A stretch of 64,000 bases of DNA from an uncultured Candidatus Melainabacteria bacterium (GCA_934754425.1 CAKVIN010000010.1:15075-79074), one strand, 5' to 3'; counted from the stretch's first letter, positions 1 through 8,998 are shown. Notes: a model not told the origin generated them from the sequence alone. Numbers and translations: made by a program.

Positions 1-630
1 GAACCAATTATTACAGGTGAAGCAGATATTGTAATCGGCGCCAGAAATATCGAAGCAATAAAAGAATTTTCACCGTTCAAAAAACTTTGTCAAAAATTCG
101 GTTCGGCGGTTTTACGCTTATTATCTTCAACCAATGTTAAAGATGCTCCAAGCGGTTTTAGAGCGTTTTCAAAACACGCAGCCATAAATCTGAACGTATT
201 TGATAATTATACATATACAATGGAAACGCTTCTGCAAGCAAATTCGAAAAACTTAAAAACCGTTTCTGTTCCAATTAGAGTTAATGAAAAATTGCGTGAT
301 TCTAAATTGATGAAAAACATTTTTGATTACATGTTTAAATCAATGAAAACAATTATTAGAATGTTTATTGTCTATCGTCCTTTCAGATTTTTCATATCTA
401 TTGCTGGAATTGTCGGCTTTATCGGACTTTTAACAACCATAAGATACCTTTATTATTTTATTGAAGGCAACGGAAACGGACATATTCAATCTTTAATTTT
501 TGCTGCTATTTGTTTGATTTCTGCCGTACAACTCGGTGTAATCGCTATTATTGGAGATTTACTTTCCATAAATCGTAAGCTGTTAGAAGACGTACAAACA
601 CGCTTAAAAGAATTTGAATTAAAACAATAA
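1..630 (+). CDS. Glycosyltransferase family 2 (polyprenyl-phosphate sugar transferase-like), C-terminal part; 5' end outside window
   Basis: Frame 1 is open from base 1 (EPIITGEADIVIGARN...APSGFRAFSK) and continuous with listed ORF 220..630. The soluble GT2-type region is followed by two hydrophobic helices (FFISIAGIVGFIGLL; LIFAAICLISAVQLGVIAIIG), as in DPM1/GtrB-type enzymes. Confidence 0.65.
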   Translation, partial: EPIITGEADIVIGARNIEAIKEFSPFKKLCQKFGSAVLRLLSSTNVKDAPSGFRAFSKHAAINLNVFDNYTYTMETLLQANSKNLKTVSVPIRVNEKLRDSKLMKNIFDYMFKSMKTIIRMFIVYRPFRFFISIAGIVGFIGLLTTIRYLYYFIEGNGNGHIQSLIFAAICLISAVQLGVIAIIGDLLSINRKLLEDVQTRLKEFELKQ

Positions 631-638
631 TTTCTTGC

Positions 639-665
639 AAAAAAAAACTTCTCTTAAATGAGAAG
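639..665 (-). terminator. Rho-independent terminator oriented for the minus strand
   Basis: Hairpin CTTCTC-ttaaat-GAGAAG (648..665) is followed on the minus strand by nine U (647..639). Read on the plus strand it has no U tail. Confidence 0.6.
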
Positions 666-720
666 CTAGGAAAATTAGTTAGGAAGGGATTTAGGAATTA
701 AATCTTTATTTACATCTTAC
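639..720 (-). ncRNA. Candidate ~80-nt small RNA (promoter-like module to terminator, no ORF), CU-rich
   Basis: The bipartite module at 721..780 points leftward in the same orientation as the copies that precede real genes. Here it is followed only by ~55 nt and then the minus-strand terminator. The predicted RNA carries three UUCCUA(A/G) motifs (anti-Shine-Dalgarno-like). Confidence 0.3.
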
Positions 721-780
721 ATATATATAAAGTATATAATAAAATCCGAATTTCAGTTTTTATTTCTTTTGTTACAAAAG
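721..780 (-). promoter_or_regulatory. Bipartite intergenic module: ACTTTATATA box (rc of 721..735) plus perfect 15-bp palindrome CTTTTGTTACAAAAG (766..780)
   Basis: Same two elements, order and ~30-35 nt spacing as at 12886..12934, 26803..26860, 27602..27660, 37573..37627 and 46547..46604. Confidence 0.45.
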
Positions 781-858
781 TTTACATACTGATTAAAATT
801 TTTTTCGTTTTCACTAAATTGGTTGATTTCTATGATAAATTTGGGGTATAAATATAAT

Positions 859-1728
859 ATGAAAAAGTTTTTGGGAGTAAGCTTAATAGTTGCAATGTTA
901 TTACCACAATGCGTCATCGCAATGGATGATGGTATTGTTACGCTTGATAAAAATGCAGTTGAAAAACCAAAAATCACAATAGACACGAATACAAAAGAGT
1001 TAAAAGGTTCATTGCTTGTCAACGATTCAGAAACACTTGCAAATTTAATTGACGTACAAAAAGAGCACGATATCAAAGATTTAGAAAAACTTTGGCAAGG
1101 TACGGTTGAAAACAATCAAGTTATAGGTTTTGCACTAAAAAAGCTTGCAACTCCTGAATCTCAACGCAGAATTCATTCATCTTTGATGGCAAAAACTCTT
1201 TCTGCAGTTATAGCCGGAGCTTCTTTTGTTCCGAGTTTAATGGGAGCCAATTATGGTATTCAAACTTCTGCTTTTTCTGCAGGCAGATTAGCTCAAGGAC
1301 TTTTGAACAAGAAAAATGTTCCACAAGAAACACCACTTACTGATACAGAGCTCATTGAACTTGCCGGCATGGTTGAAGATTTACAAGATTCTCTGATAAG
1401 TTCTTATTACAATTATAAAAATACGTTGAGCCAATTAAAAGATACTCGTTCAAAAATGATTTTGTATAGTAGAAATTACACAAAAGCACTTGATGGAGAT
1501 GATGTTTTAGAAATTGCAATCTCATCTTCGCTTTATGATGCAATGCGAATACAAGAATTCAATCTTGAACAATCTGCAAAAAAATATCATATTCAATTAC
1601 AACGATTAGCCGGCAAAAAAGTTGTCGACGCACTTGAATTATATCAATATGACTTTGATTCAGTACTATACAAGGATTCTAGTCCTGCTAAAGCAACAAA
1701 GAAAGGAGAAGCTAATGATAAAAAATAG
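859..1728 (+). CDS. Secreted protein of unknown function (paralog A of 1715..2608)
   Basis: Start moved to ATG 859 (MKKFLGVSLIVAMLLPQCVIA signal peptide). Shares the block LWQGxxxxxxxIxFAxxKLxxP, a Gly/Ala-rich hydrophobic segment and a C-terminal helical region with the next ORF. Confidence 0.6.
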   Translation: MKKFLGVSLIVAMLLPQCVIAMDDGIVTLDKNAVEKPKITIDTNTKELKGSLLVNDSETLANLIDVQKEHDIKDLEKLWQGTVENNQVIGFALKKLATPESQRRIHSSLMAKTLSAVIAGASFVPSLMGANYGIQTSAFSAGRLAQGLLNKKNVPQETPLTDTELIELAGMVEDLQDSLISSYYNYKNTLSQLKDTRSKMILYSRNYTKALDGDDVLEIAISSSLYDAMRIQEFNLEQSAKKYHIQLQRLAGKKVVDALELYQYDFDSVLYKDSSPAKATKKGEANDKK

Positions 1729-2608
1729 ATTAACTGCAATTTGTCTTTTATTTACTTTAACGCTTTCTCCGGTCTTAGCAAATGTAACACTGGATGATGT
1801 TAACACTCCGAAAGACTTATTTTTCCGTCTTGGCACAACCGATACTCCGGAAAACAAAATAGATGTCACTGTAAAAGAAGAAGTCAAACCTCAGTTTGCC
1901 AAAGAAGATAAATATTATAGCGAAGGTTTAACTTATGCTGATTTAAGTATAAAAAAAATGGCGCTAGAGGTTTCAAAATCAGTAGAAATAGATTACAACG
2001 AAATGATGGAGGACTTATCTTTACTTTGGCAAGGTGCGGCAACAAAGAGTGATACAATAAAATTTGCCATTTATAAATTATCAAATCCGGATAAAGATAA
2101 ACCGGATTCTAGTGCTGTTAAAAAAGTTTTAACAACAATAGCAGGCATGTCAACATTTTTAGGTGCAGGTACAGGGAATCCGATTCTTGCAAGTGCGGCT
2201 TTGATTGGTGGAAATACACTTGGGATTATGTCACAAGATACAAAAGCTCTTAATTACAAATATACACAAGTAACTGATGCGGATATGATAATACTTGTAA
2301 GAAAAATTGATGAATTGCAGCAAAAAGTCGTTGATATGTATTATGATTATATTACAGCAAGACAGCTTTATGATATGACAACAGAAATGGTTCAACAAAG
2401 ACACGAGGTTTATAAAAGGTCTCAAAATCTTACCAAAGAAGTAATCTTAATAACGGATACTTTTTACAGAGAAGCTCTTGATGAACAGGTAAAAGCACGT
2501 GGTAGCTTTTTTGAAAAACGCTCAAGACTGGAACAACTTGTAGGTAATGATATTTTTAGACAATTTGAAGCTAATGTTGATGCCAGATATACAAAAGACA
2601 AGTCTTAA
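1715..2608 (+). CDS. Secreted protein of unknown function (paralog B)
   Basis: ATG 1715 is preceded by AAAGGAGAA and opens a signal peptide (MIKNRLTAICLLFTLTLSPVLA). It overlaps the upstream paralog by 14 nt and has the same block order as 859..1728. Confidence 0.6.
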   Translation: MIKNRLTAICLLFTLTLSPVLANVTLDDVNTPKDLFFRLGTTDTPENKIDVTVKEEVKPQFAKEDKYYSEGLTYADLSIKKMALEVSKSVEIDYNEMMEDLSLLWQGAATKSDTIKFAIYKLSNPDKDKPDSSAVKKVLTTIAGMSTFLGAGTGNPILASAALIGGNTLGIMSQDTKALNYKYTQVTDADMIILVRKIDELQQKVVDMYYDYITARQLYDMTTEMVQQRHEVYKRSQNLTKEVILITDTFYREALDEQVKARGSFFEKRSRLEQLVGNDIFRQFEANVDARYTKDKS

Positions 2609-2666
2609 TCTTTACATTTCTTAAAATTTATGATATTTTATTGTTAAATTATCAAAAGGAATTTGT

Positions 2667-4340
2667 ATGTTTAGCAGAAATTTAGAATTTATAGGGAATA
2701 TTGCATTAAAATCACGTTTAACAAATATCAGCTTAGAAGAATCTAAAAAAGATATGTCATATTGTATGACAACATCAAATGATTATTTATTAATGAAAAA
2801 TGACATTCCGCTTGATGACATAAACAATCCACGCCAAGCGATAAAAAGTATGTTAAAAAACACTATCAAATCACAAATGGGGCAAAACGATATTATTATT
2901 ACATTTGGGATTGGATTATGTTATCTGCTTGATGAAGTTTACAACACTTACCCATCAAAGATTTTTGTTTACGAACCGGATATCAACATATTGCATTTTG
3001 TTCTAAATAATGTAGACATTTCTGAACACTTAGCAAGTGGACGTGTTTTTATTACAAATGATATAGATGAATTAATGAAAAAACTTGCTGCAACATACAT
3101 TTCCAAAGATAAAGTAGAAGTTGTATATCTAAAAAATTACGCAATTATAAGAAGCCAAGAACTACTGGAATTAACTCAAAAAGTATATGATACCTGCAGA
3201 ACAAAAATGGTAGATATTAATACAATCAAGAAATTTTCTAAGGTTTGGCTTTTAAACACACTAAAAAATATAAACTCAATAAATTCTTCAACAGCATACA
3301 AATTATCAGATTTAAAGGATAAGTTTAGCGGTCAAACAGCTTTAATACTTGCAGCTGGACCATCATTATCAGAAAACATTGATAACATAAAAGCTAATCG
3401 TGATAAGTATGTTATTTTTGCAGTGAATAAAGTTTTACGAGTTCTTGAAAACAATGGCATTACTCCAGATTTTGCAGTATGTTTAGATGGATTGCACGTA
3501 AATGATTCTCTAACAGGACTTGAGAATTTTTGTTCTAAGATGAATTGCATTATGGATTTGAAAACAGATAATGTAATTTTTTCAAAAAAATTCAGACGAG
3601 TTTTTGTATCGTTTTCTAAAAACGATACTGTAATAAAAAAACTTGCAGAACATAATAAAATTTTCACATATGAAAATGGCGGAACTGCAACATCCATGGC
3701 TTTTGTTTCCGCAGTCAAAATGGGATTCAGCAAAATTATATTTTCCGGTCTTGACTTAGCATTCAAGGGAGATATAATTTATTCCACCGGAGAAGTTTTA
3801 AATAAAACATCCGAAAACCAAATGAAAGTAGCCAACGCACAAAAAAACATTGTTAAAATAAAATCAGTCACAGGTGAGCTTGTTAATACAAGAGATGATT
3901 ATGCTGCATTTGTTCAACATTTTGAAACATTAATCAAAGACCTTGGTGCAAAAGAAGTGTATAATACAACTTCATTTGGTGCAGCAATAGAAGGTATGAA
4001 AAATGTTGCATTTAATGATATACATTTATTATTTGCTTCAACCGGCACTCCATTTATTTTAGGAGAAGTTCAACCTTTTAAAATAGAAACAGAAGCTTGG
4101 GCAAAAGATGAATTAATATTAATAAATAATATTATATCATTCTTATCAAAAGGAATTTTTTCACCTGCACTTGTTTCTTCTATTGTAAAAAGTCCATTAG
4201 TATATCAATACATGCAAGCTGACGTTTTAAAAATTTTACAAGAAAAAATGCAACCGGATAATTCTGAAGAATTTATTCAGAAAACTAAAAATGCTGTTAA
4301 AGATGTCGTTGAAAATTTACAAAAAAATAGATTAATCTAG
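2667..4340 (+). CDS. Motility-accessory-factor (Maf)-like glycosyltransferase, DUF115/MptE-like central domain
   Basis: 557 aa. Central segment GQTALILAAGPSLSENIDNIKANRDKYVIFAVNKVLRVLENNGITPDFAVCLDG...IIFSGLDLAF matches my recollection of the DUF115 fold of Campylobacter/Helicobacter Maf proteins. Confidence 0.6.
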   Translation: MFSRNLEFIGNIALKSRLTNISLEESKKDMSYCMTTSNDYLLMKNDIPLDDINNPRQAIKSMLKNTIKSQMGQNDIIITFGIGLCYLLDEVYNTYPSKIFVYEPDINILHFVLNNVDISEHLASGRVFITNDIDELMKKLAATYISKDKVEVVYLKNYAIIRSQELLELTQKVYDTCRTKMVDINTIKKFSKVWLLNTLKNINSINSSTAYKLSDLKDKFSGQTALILAAGPSLSENIDNIKANRDKYVIFAVNKVLRVLENNGITPDFAVCLDGLHVNDSLTGLENFCSKMNCIMDLKTDNVIFSKKFRRVFVSFSKNDTVIKKLAEHNKIFTYENGGTATSMAFVSAVKMGFSKIIFSGLDLAFKGDIIYSTGEVLNKTSENQMKVANAQKNIVKIKSVTGELVNTRDDYAAFVQHFETLIKDLGAKEVYNTTSFGAAIEGMKNVAFNDIHLLFASTGTPFILGEVQPFKIETEAWAKDELILINNIISFLSKGIFSPALVSSIVKSPLVYQYMQADVLKILQEKMQPDNSEEFIQKTKNAVKDVVENLQKNRLI

Positions 4341-4344
4341 GTAT

Positions 4345-4983
4345 ATGTTTATGAAAAAGAAAATTTTTCTAACTTTTTTATGTTTGTTTATACAAATTTC
4401 TTCTTGCTTTGCGGCTAACCAAGTTAAAGTTGCAGCAATGAGCGAATTTAAAACAGACAAACCTGCAAAAAGTATAGACGTAAGAGTTCTTGAAGCTTCT
4501 CCATTAGGACATTATTATTTAGAACCGGCTTCAATATTACATTGTCAGGTTCTCAAAATTGTTGACCCTAAAAGAGGCAAGCGAAGTGCCGTATTTTTTG
4601 TAAAACCGGAATATTATATATACAATTATCAAACAACTCAAATTGAAGAAGAAATGTATGGTAAATATTCCAAATTTGTATTATCAAAAGAAGAATTAAA
4701 AAAGATTCCGCCATTTACTGTTATGAAGAATGCAGCATTGCTTGTCGGTAATTATTTTGTTAAAGGACTTTCTATTGCATACTCTTTTGGCGAAGGTTTT
4801 ATTAAAAACGAACAAGATAATAGATTCAAATCTGGAGTTACAAATGCATATGAAGAATCTCCTCTATCTCTTGTTCAAGAAGGTGAACAATTAGATATAA
4901 AAATTGGTGATGATTTTTATTTAATCTTCAAGACCGAGGATGATGTAGAAGAACCAAATTATACTTATACAACGAATGAATAA
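4345..4983 (+). CDS. Secreted protein, unknown function
   Basis: N-terminal signal peptide MKKKIFLTFLCLFIQISSCFA. Only 4 nt downstream of the Maf-like gene, so probably the same operon. Confidence 0.5.
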   Translation: MFMKKKIFLTFLCLFIQISSCFAANQVKVAAMSEFKTDKPAKSIDVRVLEASPLGHYYLEPASILHCQVLKIVDPKRGKRSAVFFVKPEYYIYNYQTTQIEEEMYGKYSKFVLSKEELKKIPPFTVMKNAALLVGNYFVKGLSIAYSFGEGFIKNEQDNRFKSGVTNAYEESPLSLVQEGEQLDIKIGDDFYLIFKTEDDVEEPNYTYTTNE

Positions 4984-4988
4984 ATGTG

Positions 4989-5030
4989 GTTAAGTCTTTA
5001 GGTCTTTAGGTCGTTAAGTTCATTTTAAAA
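4989..5030. repeat. Octamer-periodic intergenic element (GTTAAGTC/TTTAGGTC x4 then GTTCATTTTAAAA)
   Basis: Four phased 8-mers followed by a conserved tail. The same family occurs at 7701..7759, 7791..7857 and 52651..52690. Confidence 0.7.
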
Positions 5031-5066
5031 TTTTTATTTTTAAAACTCATTTACCCCTTTACTTAT

Positions 5067-6596
5067 TTATTCCTGTGTAATTTCGTTTCTGTACTGCAAA
5101 GCTTGGGTTATATCTTCTAGCGAAATATCATCTCTTCCGGCTAAATCGGCAATTGTTCTCGCTAGTTTTAGAATTCTTGAATATTTTCTGCCGGAAAGTT
5201 GAAATTTTTGTGCAGCTAAAGACAAAAAGTCTTCCGTCTTTTTATCCAACTTACAATATTTTTTTATTTGATGTGCATTTAATTCAGAATTTGTTAAAAT
5301 ATCTTCTTCTGCATAACGATTTGCTTGAATTTTTCTTGCCTTAATCACTCGCTCTCTTATTTTTGAAGAAGGTTCCGACTCGGTTTTAGTATTAACAAGT
5401 TCATCCGGAGTTAATCTTGGCACATTTATTATCAAATCTATTCTATCCAATAAAGGCCCTGAAAGTTTTGCTCTATATCTTTGAATTTGATTATCAGTAC
5501 AAGTGCATTGTTTTTCTTTATCACCTAAAAATCCGCAAGGACAAGGATTCATTGCTCCTACCAACATAAACTTCGCAGGATATTTAATAGAATTCTTTGT
5601 TCTTGAAATCACAACATCACCATCTTCTAATGGTTGTCTAAGAACTTCTAAAACCTGTCTTGGAAATTCCACCATTTCGTCAAGAAATAATACACCTCTA
5701 TGAGCAAGTGTTATCTCTCCGGGTTTTGGATTTGCTCCACCACCTATAATGCCGTTTTGAGAAGCTGTATGATGCACTGCACGATAAGGACGTTTTGTCA
5801 TCAAAGGTTCTTCCGGCGACAGTAGTCCACATATACTATAAATTTTCGTAAGTTCTAACGCTTCTTTTAATTCCAAAGGCGGTAAAATTGATGCTAAACA
5901 TTTTGCCATCAAAGTCTTTCCTGACCCAGGAGAACCGGACATAAGAATATTATGCCCTCCTGCGGCTGCAATTTCTAAAGCTTTTTTTGCTTTTTGTTGA
6001 CCTTTCACATCCTTAAAATCATATATATACTCAGTCTCAGCACCTTTTTCCAGATATTCATTAATATCTACAACAGTTTGTTGAATTGGTGTTTCAGAAA
6101 AATGATGTACAATATCACCCAAATGTTTTGCGCCAAAGACTTTAACCCCTTGAACAAGCGCAGCTTCACGAGCATTTTCTTCCGGCACAAAAACGGTTTC
6201 CACTCCACTTTCTTTTAGTCCACTAACCAAAGGCAATATTCCATTAACTCTTCGAAGTGTTCCATCTAAAGATAATTCTCCTAAAAACGCCATCTTGTCA
6301 TCATCCGGAATTAAAATTCCTTGCTCTTTTAGAATTCCTATTGCGATTGGTAAATCAAAATAAGTTCCTTCTTTTCTAATATCAGCAGGAGCTAAATTTA
6401 CAATAACTTTACCGGAAGGAAAAGAAAAACCTGAATTTTTTATTGCAGAATGCACTCTTTCTTTAGCTTCGTTTACTGCATTATCCGGCAAACCTACAAT
6501 ACTAATCCCCGGAACAGAAAAAATTGCATCAACTTCCACTTCAATTTTACAAGAATTAATTCCAATCGTCGCTGCTGTAATTGCTTTTGTAATCAT
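5067..6596 (-). CDS. comM: Mg-chelatase-like AAA+ ATPase YifB/ComM
   Basis: 509 aa. Lon-protease-like N-domain, Walker A GSPGSGKT, LFLDEM box, Cys cluster CPCGFLG...CTC and C-terminal helical domain, the typical YifB family layout. Confidence 0.9.
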   Translation of the reverse strand: MITKAITAATIGINSCKIEVEVDAIFSVPGISIVGLPDNAVNEAKERVHSAIKNSGFSFPSGKVIVNLAPADIRKEGTYFDLPIAIGILKEQGILIPDDDKMAFLGELSLDGTLRRVNGILPLVSGLKESGVETVFVPEENAREAALVQGVKVFGAKHLGDIVHHFSETPIQQTVVDINEYLEKGAETEYIYDFKDVKGQQKAKKALEIAAAGGHNILMSGSPGSGKTLMAKCLASILPPLELKEALELTKIYSICGLLSPEEPLMTKRPYRAVHHTASQNGIIGGGANPKPGEITLAHRGVLFLDEMVEFPRQVLEVLRQPLEDGDVVISRTKNSIKYPAKFMLVGAMNPCPCGFLGDKEKQCTCTDNQIQRYRAKLSGPLLDRIDLIINVPRLTPDELVNTKTESEPSSKIRERVIKARKIQANRYAEEDILTNSELNAHQIKKYCKLDKKTEDFLSLAAQKFQLSGRKYSRILKLARTIADLAGRDDISLEDITQALQYRNEITQE

Positions 6597-6738
6597 AGAT
6601 TTTATTATAGTACAAAATCCAAGATATGATAATATTTTTTATTATCACTAAAATACTTATCTAATAATCAAAAAAATCAAATTAACCCATTCACTGAAAT
6701 ACAAAATTTTAATATTCAACTTACAAAAGCACTAAATC

Positions 6739-7071
6739 CTATTGGAAATTATATGTAAATGAGCGTTGGATAGAAGCATCAACAGCACCTTGAGCAGATT
6801 GCATTTCTGCATCAACCATTTTAAGTCTATTTTGGTATTCTTGCATTTGTAAATCAAGTTTTTTCTCTAATATAACGAGCTTATCTCTTCTGGCTTCAAG
6901 CTGTTTAATTGCAGGGTTATCAGGGTCTAAATCATTGCCAAGTGCCATAATCTCGTCAGACGACGCAACCAATTCCATCTTAGCAGATGCAATCCACTGT
7001 ATCTTAGTTTCCAGCGTTATCTTATACGCTGTAAGGTACATCATTCTGAAACTTGAGGCAATTAATCCCAT
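6739..7071 (-). CDS. Minimal member of the MG[ML]xAS...SF(K/T)(T/Y)(F/N) helical-termini family (unknown function)
   Basis: 110 aa. N-terminus MGLIASSFRMMYLTAYKITLE and C-terminus LDLQMQEYQNRLKMVDAEMQSAQGAVDASIQRSFTYNF align with the two ends of the 572-aa product of 8999..10717. Confidence 0.6.
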   Translation of the reverse strand: MGLIASSFRMMYLTAYKITLETKIQWIASAKMELVASSDEIMALGNDLDPDNPAIKQLEARRDKLVILEKKLDLQMQEYQNRLKMVDAEMQSAQGAVDASIQRSFTYNFQ

Positions 7072-7083
7072 AATATGTTCCTT

Positions 7084-7359
7084 CTACCTTGTTTCGTTTA
7101 AATTCTTACCTTTCAAGAATGTGTGTTCATTACTTTCCGCAATCAAGCTTTCCATTTTGTGTAATTGATGCTTGTGGTAATTAACCCTATACTTAGCCAT
7201 TTTTAACTTTTGTCTTATGGTAAGCATATCTTTTAGACAAGAAATCAAACTCACGGCCAATGCTTTAAATGGATTCTTCCGCTTGAAAAACGAGCGGGTA
7301 AAATTCATAAAATTCATAAACCGTTTCATGCTATCTTGTAGTTCTTCACGCATAAGCAT
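7084..7359 (-). CDS. Small basic protein, unknown function (first gene of the two-gene unit with 6739..7071)
   Basis: 91-aa ORF, 12 nt upstream of the 110-aa gene. GGAG lies 5 nt before the ATG. No recognisable motif. Confidence 0.45.
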   Translation of the reverse strand: MLMREELQDSMKRFMNFMNFTRSFFKRKNPFKALAVSLISCLKDMLTIRQKLKMAKYRVNYHKHQLHKMESLIAESNEHTFLKGKNLNETR

Positions 7360-7700
7360 TAACTCCTATACGATCTAAGCCTACATGTATTATAAAACAT
7401 GTAAACCACAAAAATTGCTTTTTTTCAGTTTTAGTTTTTACATTTGTTAACATATTATTTTGAACCAGTCCTATTTCCAGTGATACTATTGAAAATAAAT
7501 CGATTTTTATAATATTCGTCTTTTGCTATATTATTTATCGGCATTTTTTTCAAAAACTTTAGCTCTTTTCGGTTATAATACCTAATTTCGTTACAAAAAT
7601 TTACAACATTACTTAATGTTTTTATTAATGGGTTATTTAAAAATATATCAAGCATTATTCTGAAAAAAGTGCGTCCTTGCATAATATCTCTCTTGTTGAT

Positions 7701-7857
7701 GTCGTTAAGTCGTTAAGTCGTTAAGTTCATTTAATTCGCTTCGCTCATGATTTTAATTGTTTTTTTTATAATGTAAAATGAAGTAATTTTGTCGTTAAGT
7801 CGTTAGGTCTTTAAGTCGTTAAGTTCGTTTAATTCGCTTCGCTCATAGTTTAAATTG
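7701..7857. repeat. Two direct copies (7701..7759, 7791..7857) of the octamer element (GTCGTTAA)n-GTTCrTTTAATTCGCTTCGCTCATrrTTTAAATTG
   Basis: Directly visible 59- and 67-nt copies. The second has one additional 8-mer. Confidence 0.8.
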
Positions 7858-7965
7858 ATGACGTGGCATATTTATGTATGAAAAAAACGCTAAACTTATA
7901 GTTAAAACTACTAACTGTTTTAAAACAACTTTCCACTTTCAATTTTCAATTTTCAATTTATGAAT

Positions 7966-8101
7966 GCCGACCCAATGTCTACGTGCGTACCCGATTGATT
8001 ACATTAACTTTGTAGTTCCTCTTCGAGGCGAAGCTAGTAGATTCAATACAAAATTGTAGTTTTCACCAAGCAGCCGACCTAATAACTACGTGCGTAGCAC
8101 A
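7966..8101. repeat. About 1.5 units of the G+C-rich GCCGAC-N7-CTACGTGCG repeat family also forming the array at 57961..58535
   Basis: GCCGACCCAATGTCTACGTGCGTA...CTTCGAGGCGAAG...ACCAAGCAGCCGACCTAATAACTACGTGCGTAGCAC. It ends exactly at the stop codon of 8102..8959. Confidence 0.7.
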
Positions 8102-8959
8102 CTATAGGTCTTGGATATCTTTGCTTGCGGATTCGATATCATCTTTAAGCATTTTTCTTACTATATCACCTTGTGTATCAAGCATTTTGCAAACTGTTTC
8201 TATGTTTGCCACTTTTTGAGAAAGTATTGTATCTGCATTAGATACAATGTTGCTTGAAACTGTTTGATAAGCAGATAAGGCAGCGGATGATGTACCCTGC
8301 ATCAAGTTTCCCATAACAACTGCAGGCAAACCAAATTCTCCTAAATAAGGTGCTGCAGCGGTCATGATTCCGCCCCAACCTGATACAAGTCCTGCTAATG
8401 GCATAAGTATGTTAGAAGCACCTATACCATAACCATTTGCTGTTCCGATTCCGTATGCGGCAGTACTTGCAATATCAGCAATACTTCCGATACCGGATGC
8501 AAAACCTGTTGTTGCGCCATTTGATGAACCAAAACCGGAAAGCAGGTCACCTATTCCAGAAGCTCCGCCGGTTGTAGTTCCGCTTTGGCGATAACCGTAA
8601 TTTGCTGCGTAACCGCTTGGGAAACCTGAATAATTCCCAAGAGAATTTACGCCAAAAGAAGAATATGTTCCAGTTGTTCCGCCTGTTCCACCGGTATATT
8701 GACTCCAATAAGAAGTCCCTGGAATATTCATAGCACTTGTGCCACCTAATGTAGTCATAAATGCGGATGGTGCAAACAAGCTTGCTAATTGATATAAGAA
8801 ACCGCCTGCGGCTTCAAATCCTGTACCTGAACTTGCAGAGCCGGAAACAGTTAAATCTCTTAATCTGTCATATGTTTCGTACAGCATAACTTTGGCATCA
8901 GCTGAAGCTGCGCCATATTTGTTTGCTAAAACTAAGTATCCATCGTTTTTGTATGACAT
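8102..8959 (-). CDS. Gly/Ser/Thr/Ala/Tyr-rich low-complexity protein with structured ends, unknown function
   Basis: 285 aa with about 190 aa of GGTGGTTGTYSSFG / GYGIGASN-type sequence between ordinary N- and C-terminal segments. No signal peptide. 39 nt downstream of the 572-aa gene. Confidence 0.55.
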   Translation of the reverse strand: MSYKNDGYLVLANKYGAASADAKVMLYETYDRLRDLTVSGSASSGTGFEAAGGFLYQLASLFAPSAFMTTLGGTSAMNIPGTSYWSQYTGGTGGTTGTYSSFGVNSLGNYSGFPSGYAANYGYRQSGTTTGGASGIGDLLSGFGSSNGATTGFASGIGSIADIASTAAYGIGTANGYGIGASNILMPLAGLVSGWGGIMTAAAPYLGEFGLPAVVMGNLMQGTSSAALSAYQTVSSNIVSNADTILSQKVANIETVCKMLDTQGDIVRKMLKDDIESASKDIQDL

Positions 8960-8998
8960 AATTTTGTCCTTCTTTTATAACTTTAAAGAGCCTATCTA

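Noticed and set aside
753-1115. Listed 120-aa minus-strand ORF opposite the start of paralog A.
   Set aside because: It is antisense to a better-supported signal-peptide gene and has low-complexity Ser/Phe/Ile composition typical of AT-rich antisense frames.
7455-7682. Listed 75-aa minus-strand ORF in the spacer upstream of the 91-aa gene.
   Set aside because: It has no convincing SD and an Asn/Ile/Lys/Phe-rich composition. It also contains a TTTCGTTACAAAA palindrome-like site (about 7577..7590), which suggests regulatory DNA. It may be real, but I cannot support it.
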